Below are positions 26,249 to 38,045 of a stretch of 64,000 nucleotides of DNA, in pieces (within the stretch, counting starts at the first letter, position 1; each line of letters opens with the position of its first letter). The notes below the pieces were generated by a model. That model was not told where the DNA came from. It saw only the letters and a list, made by a program, of their open reading frames with translations, and made no database searches. The stretch comes from Heterodontus francisci. Taxonomy: Eukaryota. The DNA lies in assembly GCF_036365525.1 (NCBI RefSeq), contig NC_090403.1:42657095-42721094 (forward strand), given 5' to 3'. The position numbers and the translations under genes were made by a program.

Positions 26249-26254
26249 TTTATT
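26249..26254 (-). terminator. RPL27: RPL27 polyadenylation signal
   Basis: AATAAA 16 nt after the TAA stop. Confidence 0.8.
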
Positions 26255-26270
26255 TATATTGAAATACAAT

Positions 26271-26319
26271 TTAGAATCGGAGCTTCTGGAAAAACCATTT
26301 ATTCTTTCCTGTCTTGTAC
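26271..26319 (-). CDS. RPL27: RPL27 last coding exon
   Basis: ttttctacag|G TAC...; YKTGKNKWFFQKLRF*. Confidence 0.97.
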
Positions 26320-27150
26320 CTGTAGAAAAACAAAATTGTATATATAAGTTAACATCTCCTCAGATGTTAGAGACAACTTACAATTCTATTTTCACAATAC
26401 CACCAAGTATAACCCATAAATGATCAGTAGTAGATTCATGGAAGGAGTGACAAGGTAACAGAGCCCGCTGCGTACTCTTAATAATACCAGCTAGGGATAT
26501 CTCAAATGAAGGTCAAACCTCGGGAGAAAGTTATTGCAGTTTGTTCTTCACATTTACCCATTCAGAAGATACCATGGCAAGACAGACAAAGTTGAATTTG
26601 GGAAGATTACATTTAAACATTTCATGGACCATGGGTCAGAGGTAAATACAGCATCTACCATTCTGTTTGAACTACCTGACAGATGGTTCTGGAAATCACT
26701 GGTTGAGTACCTTGAATTTGGTTAAAACCAAAAAGTCAATAGACTACATTTAAGAGGAATGTTCCAACTGCTAGATGTTATGGAGCGTGATAATCTGAAC
26801 ACAGGGAACCCTGCAAAGCAGAGCCACTGCAGTCCATATTTTTAGGAAAATCACATAGCTATTAGGTTAGAGTGCGACTTTCTTGCTGGTGTGCATTTTT
26901 AAAAATAACTACAATCTCTTTAAGATGTCACATCTGTTAGTCAACAGCCTTGCTTTTAAACATAGATCATTCTCTGTTTAAATATAGGTCAAAGATATTC
27001 ACTCCATAGACATCTTCTTGGGTATGAACACTTTCATCAGCAAAGTTAGCCTTAAATACAGTTTTGATCGTAAACCTGCTGCCACCTCCAAAGTACAGTG
27101 GGAGTAAGTAAAACGAACAAGGTCCAAGTACAGTTATATTATTCTTTTTA

Positions 27151-27396
<246 letters not shown>

Positions 27397-27477
27397 TTAC
27401 CAACACTGATTACAAACAGTTGTCTTCGACTACTTTGAATTCATCTTGTACTAACAGCTGACATTTAATTTCACATA

Positions 27478-27722
27478 CAAAAACAAGAAATGCTGGAATC
27501 ACTCAGCAGGTCTGGCAGCATCTGTGGAAAGAGAAGCAGAGTTAACGTTTCGGGTCAGTGACCCTTCTTCGGAACTGACAAATATTAGTTGTCAGTTCCG
27601 AAGAAGGGTCACTGACCCGAAACGTTAACTCTGCTTCTCTTTCCACAGATGCTGCCAGACCTGCTGAGTGATTCCAGCATTTCTTGTTTGTTTCAGATTT
27701 CCAGCATCCGCAGTATTTTGCT
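27478..27722. mobile_element. Penelope-derived palindromic insertion (101-bp perfect inverted repeat) with 14-bp TSD
   Basis: Arms 27481-27581 and 27589-27689, 7-nt loop; TSD TTTAATTTCACATA at 27464-27477 and 27723-27736. Confidence 0.88.
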
Positions 27723-27889
27723 TTTAATTTCACATATCTAGTTCTTCAGAATTCTCACAAAGAAGATTGATCTGATCTGAAAAAGCCAGAAGCTGCAGCA
27801 CAGCAAGTATGTTAAAAATGGCCCCAGTGCACTTGGGTTAGGGAGGCATCTGCTGTAAGTATGTTTTCCATCCTTCTGCAGGGTCAAGT

Positions 27890-28325
27890 TTTTTTTAAAC
27901 TCATTCATGGGATGTGGGTGTCGCTGACTAGGCCAGCATTTATTGCCCATCCCTAATTGCCCTTGAGAAGGTGGTGAGCTGCCTTCTTGAACCACTGCAG
28001 TCCATGTGGGATAGGTACACCCACAGTGCTGTTAGGAAGGGAGTTGTAGGATTTTGACCCAGCAAAAGTGAAGGGACAGCGATATAGTTCCAAGTCAGGA
28101 TGGTGTGTGGCTTGGAGGGGAAATTGCAAATGGTGGTGTTCCCATGCATCTGCCACCCTTGTCCTTCCAGGTGGTAGAGGTTGCGGGTTTGGAAGGTGCC
28201 GTCTAAGGAGCCTTGATGCATTGCTGCAGTGCATCTTGTAGATGATACCCACTGCTGACACTGTCAGTGGTGGAGGGAGTGAATTTTTTGTGGGTGGGCT
28301 GCTAATCAAGCAGGCTGCTTTGTCC
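27890..28325 (-). mobile_element. 3' fragment of tRNA-headed CR1 family
   Basis: IYKMHCSNASRLLRRHLP..FKKAAHHLLKGN. Confidence 0.85.
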
Positions 28326-30839
28326 TCTTGATCAACATTTGTTGCCTAAGCTTACAAATAGATTTGACCACTTGGGTGAGGTACTGGCAGAGGACTAGCA
28401 TTTGTGGAATCAACACCATGTGGAGGAGAGACATTTGCAAAATTCAGCAGGAAAAATATAGGTTCATATATACTATAATGTCTGTTGCGAATTAAGGCAA
28501 TAGGTCAACAGTACTTTCTCAGTGCAACTGGGTTTAGCAATAAATATTATTGTACCAGAACTGCCCACAACCCATGACCAATGTAAAAGAAAAACAGATG
28601 TACACAAATCTCATGACAATTAACTAATTAAACTGAATTTTATTAATTGAACTTAAAGGCATTCCAAATGAGGAAAATTGAAAATTAGACACAAGTGACC
28701 AACTACTGGATCATATAGACAGAAATTGGTTCTAGGGATGAGAAGCCTAGAGGCTCAAACATCGAGTCAGCAAAAAGCTTTTACTTTGAAAACCACATTT
28801 TCCCCTTTTCCAGAACTCCCTGTTTTGGCAGCCCTCCACTGCTGGCATGCCCACTGGTCACTGGCTGTTGACAGGCTATCAGTCAAATCTGATAGTGTCT
28901 TAAAACCCAGCATCCATATACACAACCAGTGGGAGTTTCTGGCTGGCTAAAAGGTGCAGGAACACCAGCTGTTGTCCCCCGTTCTCGCCCAGGAGGTGTC
29001 AAGTCCAACTTCTGCCCCAGCTAAACACAAATAACCTCAACACTGATGAAATCAGGGACTTTCAACTACATTTATAGTTCAGTTATACAATACTTGAACT
29101 GGGTAAGGCACTCGAGAGCCCAGTGCACTCACTGTACTACATCTGACCAAGAGCTCTTGAACGAGAAGTAGTGGCTGCTGTTTCTGCACCAGTTATCTGA
29201 CCAGATCTATGTGAGGATGTTGGGGTTAAGACAAAATTAGGCTTGACTGAACCAGTCAACTATCACTGACAAGGTACCAGAGGGCAGCTGTCAGCTGAGG
29301 ACAGTTACCAACCAAGCAGTCTTACATCCTGGAAAGGGGAACAAAAAAGCTTCCAACAGACTCAATGTTTGAACCTCTGTCTTCTCCACCCTAGAACCAT
29401 GTTCTGCATATAATGTGATGTTTCTGTAGTTGGTAGTTTGTCTCTAATGGTTTTCATTCCCCCCTGCAAAAAAAAATGCAATACCTTTAGGTTCAATTAT
29501 GGACTAAGTATTAATGTGGAAAGTGTTTAATTTCCCAACATTAACCTCTTATATTGTCCACCAAATTCAATGAGGAGGAGGGACGCAGGTAATAGACTTA
29601 TTTGAATCAGTCAAATTAGTTCTTAATCTTCAAATGAAGGTTGCACTTTACACAGCAAATTATGCAACTGCTAAAATCCAAAGGACACTTGCAGTTAAGT
29701 TCTTAACCAGAACATCTTTCATTTTTGAAGATTTTGAAGATATTGAACAGAGGAACCAAATGTTCATTACTTTCACAGCATGTTTATAAGCGCTTGAAGC
29801 AGGAAGCATTTTACAACTGCAGCAGTCCAAGTCAAATTGGGCAGTAACATTTAGGTTAATTTAATGCTCCAAATATTTGATACAACCTGCTTTTCAGCTC
29901 CAGTCACACTGTGAACAATCTTCACAACATTCCACACCATCAGGCCACAACTAATTAGACAGTCAAGCTTCAACTCAAGTCGACATTTCAATTCTCCATA
30001 AAAGTAGACAGGTACTTTATACTGAATCCTGTATTTTTCAATTCATGTGGAACAGTCTGTCTACTCATCCTCTCACCTTTTGCAAAAGAGAGGAGTGATA
30101 TACATTCCAGTCCCAACACCACCTCTCATACTAAACGCTAGGGATACGAGCAACATTTTGGTAAACTGTCTTTTCTCAGTACCAAAACCGTCCACTGGGC
30201 AGGTACAAAATTTATGAGTGCCCAATGGAATAACTTCCTCAATCAGGGCCACCATCTACAGATTTTAGACAGGGAGCACCAAACTGTTGGGAAGAGAACA
30301 GGGTAGGTCAAGGAAAATAAAGAGAAACTGAGGCTAACCAACAATTCACATTCCTCTCTTCACCTGGCACATACATGCAGCAAAGACAGTGGACCACATG
30401 GGGCACCACCTTCTACTTTTTATTCATCACCCTATACTAAGCTAGGTTTTCCACGCCATGCAGTGACACAATAAGCACCGAAGCTCCCAAGATAACCCTG
30501 CGGAATGGCAAATAAAATTCCAAAAATACCAAATAAAAAGGGAAAATCCAGCACACAATTTACCCTTGTACAGTGGGTTTTACAAAGCAGGTGCTGGATT
30601 TGAAAGGTTCTTATCCAGCAATTCATTACTGACACTCTGGTTAAAATCACCTAAATACACAAATTAAGTTCTGCAAAAACATTCAAAGTACATCACAGAC
30701 AAGGAACTTTTATAATGAAAGTGCAGTCTCCAAACTTGAAATCAGGTCATTTGCCACCTACATTCAAGGCCTTCCATATAGGAGTGATCTTCTAGCCCTT
30801 GGCACTTCTAAACACATGACTGCAGCAAGAGATAAACTT

Positions 30840-32290
30840 ATATGATTTGTTCTTGGGATGTGAACGTCACTGGCAAGGCCAGCATTTACTGCCCGTGAGA
30901 AGATGGTGGTCAGCTGCCTTCTTGAACTGCTGCAGTTCATGCAGTGTAGATACACCCAGTGATGGTAGGGAGAGAGTTCCAGGTTTTTGACCCAGTGATA
31001 GTGAAGGAACGGCGATATAGTTTCAAGTCAGGATGGTGTATGGCTTTGAGGCGAATTTGCAGCTAATGATGTTTCCATGCATCTGTCACACTTGTCCTTC
31101 TAGGTGGTACAGGTCGTGAGTTTGAAAGGTGCTGTCAAAGGAGCCTTGGTGAGTTGCTGCAGTACATCTTGTAGATGGCACACACAGCAGCCACAGTATG
31201 CGGTTGGCGGAGGGAATGAATGTTTTAGCTGATTGTGGGGGGGAATGCAGTGCCGGTGAAGAAGGCTGCTTTGTCTTGGATGGTGTCGAATTTGGATGTG
31301 CACTCATCCAGGCAAGTGGCAGAAATTCCACTAACACTCCTGAATTGTGCCTTGTAGATGGTGCACAGGTTTTTGGGAGTCAGGAGTTGAGTTACTCACT
31401 TCCTAGCCTCTGACCTGCTCTTGTAGCCACAGTATTTATATGGCTGTGGCAGTTACGTTTCTGATCAACAGTAAGTCCTAGGATGTAGATGGTGGGGGAT
31501 TCAGTGATGACAATGTCATTGAATGTCAAGGGGAGGTAGTTAAGATTCTCTTCTATTGGAGATAATCATTGCCTGACATGGACTGCTTCGGTATCCAAGG
31601 AGTTGTGAATGGCACTGAACACTGCAATCCAGCAAACCTCCCCACTTCTGAACTTATGTTGAAGGGAAGGTCATTGATGAAGCAGCTGAAGATGGTTGGG
31701 CCTGGGACACTACCCTGAAGAACTCATGCAGAGATGTCCGAGGGCTGCGATGATTGGCATCAATAACCAGAATGATCTTCCGTTGTGCTAAGTATGACTC
31801 CAACCAGTGGAGAGTTTTCCCCGATTCCCATTGACTTCCATTTTGCCAGGACTCCTTGATGCCTCACTCATCAAATGATGTCTTGATGTCAAGGGCAGTT
31901 ACTCTCACCTCACCTCTGGAATTCAGCTCTTTTGTTCATGTTTGGACCAAGGTTGTAATGAGGTCTGGAGCTGATAGGCCCTTGCAGAACCCAAACTGAG
32001 TGACAGTGAGCAGGTTATTGCTGGGTAAGAGCTGCCCGATAGCACTGTTAACGACACCTTCCATCACTTTGTTGATGACTTGAGAGTAGACTAATTACCG
32101 GTAAGTAGCTGGATTGGATTTGTCCTGCTTACTGTGGATAGGACATACCTAGGCAATTTTTCACATCATCAGGTAGGTGCCTGTGCCGTAGCTGTACTGG
32201 AACAGCTTGGCTAAGGGCACAGCCAGTTCTGGAGCATAAGTTTTCAGTAATACAGTCAGGATGTTGTCAGGGCCTATAGTATTTGCTGTA
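30840..32290 (-). mobile_element. Decayed copy of tRNA-headed CR1 family
   Basis: Collinear with 14680-16230. Confidence 0.8.
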
Positions 32291-32320
32291 TCTTGACACT
32301 GATATATGTTCCAACACTTA

Positions 32321-32491
<171 letters not shown>

Positions 32492-33725
32492 CTACAAGAT
32501 AAAGCACAATATTTCAGTCATGGTACGACAATATTGAAGTAGCCAATATCAAAAATCTAGTTGCCACACTCAGTGTACAACTGGCAATTGTGCTAGTTTT
32601 CTGCTCAGTTGCTAGCACTCCAGATGCAAGACCCACTCCAGGACTTGGCATTTGTCACCTCCAGTTAGAAGGTTATGGGTTCTACTGCTCAAGCACATAA
32701 TACAAGCTGACTTCCAATACAGCAATGACAGAACACTGCCATTGTTAGGGTTCTCAAACTGATCTTAAAGATCCCACTGCATTTAAGTAGAAACAGAGAT
32801 TCCCCCCCAGTACACTGACCAATATTTCTCTTCAAACAAAAAAAAGTAAAATCGATCAACAGGTCATCCATTTCATTGCCATGTCTGGGATCTTCTATCC
32901 AATAGTTGCCATTACACTTTATTCCCGCAAGAACAATCAGTATATACCAAAGTAATTCATCTGTGTGAAGTCGAAACGACATAATAATGCACTATTATAA
33001 ATAGAAGTCTTCTTCCCCAACATCTCTCTCCCCCTCCCCGCAACCAATTCTCGCAGATAAAATGATTGATGGATAGACTGCCCTGGTTAAAGTCATGAAC
33101 ATTCTTACAATTGTGTCCCCCCCCCACAATATTTGTTGTTATCTCTCCATAGCCTCATTAGTTCACCAATCTCCATCCTTCAACTGTGGTTCACTGCCTT
33201 GGCACTGTTCAATGTTGGTCCCACACCCACCTGTCCCAATGAAGCCAGCACAACTACAATCGTTTCTCCTCCTGTACCAACTTGAACATGTCACACGTGC
33301 CCAAACTTCCATCCTCATCCCATTTCAACTCCATGCCACCTTGTGCGACATTATCCAAGGGCAAAGCACACATATCGAAGCAGGACCAAATACCCAACTT
33401 CATTGTGCTGGGACCCTCGCCTTCACAAATGTTGCTGCACTCAGGACATCGACTCGGAAGCTTCTCCAGTTTAACAGTAGTAACAATGAAGCCACCTTAT
33501 TTAGCTTCCATCAAAAAAAAAGCCAGTATCCAAAACCCCATGAAGCATCTGGAGATATTCTGCTACAAAGAGGTTTCTAGGTAAAGCACAAGTGTTTTAA
33601 ACGGAGTCTCAATGCCTTACAGCCGGATGTCGCTCAGAGTGCATTTATCTCTTCACTAAAGAGATTCCTGTCCAACTTTCATTAAAAGCTACATTTATAA
33701 TATATTTTACCAACAATCATAATTA

Positions 33726-33995
<270 letters not shown>

Positions 33996-34572
33996 TTAGT
34001 TTGCCTACACAACAGTGATTGCATTTCAAAAGTAATTCACTGACTGTGAAACACTTTGAGCAACCCTATCAGTGAAACATAAATGCAAGTTCTTTCCTTC
34101 CACAAAACTGCCACTGATCTGAATGCAATGCTGGATTCTGTAATGCATGTAACTTCCCCACGACAGTCGAGCTTCATTGGGGTGCAAGTCTTTTCACAAT
34201 TACAGTACATAACCATGCCCCAGACCACGATTGCATTTTCTCCGTGTACGGATGAATATGAATGTAAAGCTGGGATTGTGACGGCTGAGGCCTGTCTGGG
34301 ATGTCTTGGCGGTGAGAAGTGGCGATTTGCCCGGAACAGACTCTGCAACTGCATCCGCTGCAGGGTCGGCTCCACAGTCAGGGGAAAGCGGGCAGTTTGC
34401 ACACTCGGGGCTGAAGGCCTGGAGCCACCGCAGCTCCCAAATAAACCTTTGAATTCAAAAATAAGACCTTGGCCCCTCAAAGAAGAACAATTTGTTTCAG
34501 TAGCGGCTAAAATGGGAAAGCTGCGATGCGCCCAGACGGAGGATGGAATGGGATTGAAATGGGTAAATTTAC

Positions 34573-34619
34573 CCGCTCCTTTCCTGCTGCTCAATGGCCG
34601 CCACCCGCCGTAAAGGAAG
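34573..34619 (-). other. RPL27: RPL27 non-coding exon 1 with 5'TOP
   Basis: Begins CTTCCTTT, contains YY1-like GGCGGCCATT, ends CGG|gtaaat; CpG-rich. Confidence 0.8.
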
Positions 34620-34690
34620 TTCGCCGGCTCGCGATGACCTTTGACAGCGTTCCCCTGATTACGTCAACGCCACTTCCGCTCCGTGCTTGT
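34620..34690 (-). promoter_or_regulatory. RPL27 CpG-rich core promoter
   Basis: CTCGCGA, TGACCTTTG, TTACGTCA (CRE-like) and CACTTCCG (ETS/GABP) within 60 bp of the TOP tract. Confidence 0.65.
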
Positions 34691-34902
34691 AGATAGTTTG
34701 TAGGTTTGGCAAAGCTTGACAAAACTACATTAACTGGAGGCAAATATAAAACATTTAGAATAAATAGATTGATGCATATAAAATAAACAGGGTTGCTGTT
34801 CAGTGTGAGATAATTAGCTGTGATGGGACCACTGCTAGTTTCTTAATGAGAATCAGTTTAGGTGGGCCCCATGGTCTATCTTCAACTTGTGACATGGAGG
34901 GC

Positions 34903-37033
34903 CCTGTTTCACACCACTCAGGATAGGAAAGGGCTCTGATGAGGAGCCACCATGTTGAATTGTGCCTTTCATATTGTCATGGAATGAGGTGATGATACTT
35001 AGTAGCTTTGGTGGACATCCGATCTTTTCTAGTAGTCTGAAGAGACCACGTCTGCTGACGAGGTCAAAGGCTTTGGTGAGATCAATGAAAGCAATGTAGA
35101 GGGGCATCTGTTGTTCACGGCATTTCTCCTGTATCTGACGAAGGGAGAACAGCATGTCAATGGTCGATCTCTCTGCACGAAAGCCACACTGTGCCTCAGG
35201 GTAGACGCGCTCGGCCAGCTTCTGGAGCCTGTTCAGAGCGACTCGAGCAAAGACTTTCCCCACTATGCTGAGCAGGGAGATTCCACGGTAGTTGTTGCAG
35301 TCGCCGCGGTCACCTTTGTTTTTATAGAGGGTGATGATATTGGCATCGCGCATGTCCTGGGGTACTGCTCCCTCGTCCCAGCACAGGCATAGCAGTTCAT
35401 GTAGTGCTGAGAGTATAGCAGGCTTGGCACTCTTGATTATTTCAGGGGTAATGCTGTCCTATCCCAGGGACTTTTCCGCTGGCTAGAGAATCAATGGCAT
35501 CACTGAGTTCCGATTTGGTTGGCTGTATGTCCAGCTCATCCATGACTGGTAGAGGCTGGGCTGCATTGAGGGCAATCTCAGTGACAGCATTCTCCCTGGA
35601 GTACAGTTCTAGGTAGTGCTCAACCCAGCGGTCCATCTGTTTGCGTTGGTCAGTGATTATGTCCCCCGATTTAGATTTGAGGGGGGCGATCTTCTTGATG
35701 GTTGGCCCAAGAGCTCTCTTCATGCCATCATACATTCCTCTGATGTTTCCGGTGTCTGAGGCCAGCTGAATATGACTGCATAGGTGTTGCCAGTAGTCGT
35801 TTGCGCAACGCCTAGCTGTTCTTTGTGCAGTACTTGAGTGGTGTGAAACAGGGCTGTGTTCTCGCACCCACACTTTTTGGGATTTTCTTCTCCCTGCTGC
35901 TTTCACATGCGTTCAAATCCTCTGAAGAAGGAATTTTCCTCCACACAAGATCAGGGGGCAGGTTGTTCAACCTTTCCCGTCTAAGAGCGAAGTCCAAAGT
36001 ACGGAAAGTCCTCACCAGAGAATTCCTCTTTGCTGACGATGCTGCTTTAACATCTCACACTGAAGAGTGCCTGCAGAGTCTCATCGACAGGTTTGCGGCT
36101 GCCTGCAATGAATTTGGCCTAACCATCAGCCTCAAGAAAACGAACATCATGGGGCAGGACGTCAGAAATGCTCCATCCATCAATATTGGCGACCACGCTC
36201 TGGAAGTGGTTCAAGAGTTCACCTACCTAGGCTCAACTATCACCAGTAACCTGTCTCTAGATGCAGAAATCAACAAGCGCATAGGTAAGGCTTCCACTGC
36301 TATGGCCAGACTGGCCAAGAGAGTGTGGGAAAATGGCGCACTGACACGGAACACAAAAGTCCGAGTGTATCAGGCCTGTGTCCTCAGTACCTTGCTCTAC
36401 GGCAGCGAGGCCTGGACAACGTATGCCAGCCAAGAGCGACGTCTCAATTCATTCCATCTTCGCTGCCTTCGGAGAATACTTGGCATCAGGTGGCAGGACT
36501 ATATCTCCAACACAGAAGTCCTTGAAGCTGCCAACACCCCCAGCTTATACACACTACTGAGTCAGCGGCGCTTGAGATGGCTTGGCCATGCGAGCCGCAT
36601 GGAAGGTGGCAGGATCCCCAAAGACACATTGTACAGCGAGCTCGCCACTGGTATCAGACCCACCGGCCGTCCATGTCTCCGCTATAAAGACGTCTGCAAA
36701 CGCGACATGAAATCGTGTGACATTGATCACAAGTCGTGGGAGTCAGTTGCCAGCATTCGCCAGAGCTGGCGGGCAGCCATAAAGACAGGGCTAAATTGTG
36801 GCGAGTCGAAGAGTCTTAGTAGTTGGCAGGAAAAAAGACAGAGGCGCAAGGGGAGAGCCAACTGTGCAACAGCCCCGACAAACAAATTTCTCTGCAGCAC
36901 CTGTGGAAGAGCCTGTCACTCCCGAATTGGCCTTTATAGCCACTCCAGGCGCTGCTTCACAAACCACTGACCACCTCCAGGCGCGTATCCATTGTCTCTC
37001 GAGATAAGGAGGCCCAAAAGAAGAAAGAAATAA
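34903..37033 (+). mobile_element. RTE-clade LINE, 5'-inverted (34903-35835 minus, 35835-37033 plus), TSD GACATGGAGGGC
   Basis: NNYRGISLL, FIDLTKAFD (minus part); GVKQGCVLAP, FADD, C-terminal CSTC..H..C zinc motif (381-aa plus ORF); TSD at 34891-34902 and 37034-37045. Confidence 0.92.
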
Positions 37034-37399
37034 GACATGGAGGGCAGTGTTGAAAAAGGTTTCTCAGCTGGTCCTTTTTTGTTCATTTGTGAAGCACCAG
37101 ACACATAGGGGTGGATGATTCCATAATCCACAACCTCCCACTAGGGAAACACTATTTGCAAATCTTACAACATGGTGAGCCTGTAATTTTCCAGGAAGTG
37201 TCCTGGTGGGTGGAATCAGTGACTAAATGTTTAAGTGTGTTGTTATTTATAGGGGTTGCCATTGCAACTGATTGCATCCGAATCCTTGGGGATTGTCTTA
37301 CTATGGTATGGACAAATTGTATAATTGATTTCTTAGAAATACAGCAAGTGTTATGCAGGCCGGTAATTTTCATACTTTTCTGTATGGGGAACCTACTGC

Positions 37400-38045
37400 A
37401 AACAACAAGAAAACTTGCATTTATACAGCGCCTTTAATATAGTAAAACATCCCAAGGCACTTCACAGAGCATTATCAAATAAAATTTGGCACAGAGCCAC
37501 AAAAGCAGATATTACAAAACAAGCATTTATCCAGCACCTCTAATGCAGCAAGATATCCCAAGACACTTCACAAGAGGGTTAATCAAAATTTGACATTGAA
37601 GAGATGTCAGAACCAAAAACTTGAGCAAAGAAGTAGGTTTTAAGGATCATCTTAAAAGAGGTAGAGAGGCTTAGGGAGGGATTTCTAGAACTTAGAGCCT
37701 AGGCAGCTGAAGACATGGCCACCAATGATGGAACAATTGAAATCCAGGCTCTGCAAGAGATAAGGAGGGGGCGAGGCCATGGAGGAATTTGAAGACAAGG
37801 ATGAGAACTAGACTGGGAACCAGTGTAAGTCATCAAGCGCAGGATTGATGGGTAAACGGGAATTGATGCAAATTAAGAAATGGGCAGCAGTGTTTTGGTT
37901 GACTACAGGTTTATGTAGGGTGGAAGGTAGGAGGCTGAGGAGAACATTGGAATAGTCAAGGCTAGAAAGTTGGGGGAATCCACAGATGAGCTGAGGCAGA
38001 CACATAGATGGACCCTGTTATGCAGATAGTAGGCGGTCTTGGTAT
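37400..38045 (-). mobile_element. L2 LINE 3' fragments
   Basis: LDYSNVLL..QNTAA..PINPALDDLHWFPV; L2 tails. Confidence 0.7.

Noticed and set aside
26960-27040. C/D-box snoRNA in RPL27 intron 4
   Set aside because: CUGAUGA is present but there is no suitably placed D box or terminal stem
34561-34574. 14-bp palindrome GGGTAAATTTACCC over the RPL27 exon 1 donor
   Set aside because: Real but short; no evidence of function
34037-34613. Overlapping 185-aa and 176-aa ORFs
   Set aside because: GC-rich RPL27 exon 1/intron 1; no recognisable protein
35825-36970. 381-aa ORF as a host gene or domesticated RT
   Set aside because: It is the 3' half of RTE ORF2; its start is created by the inversion junction and it lacks the N-terminal RT motifs
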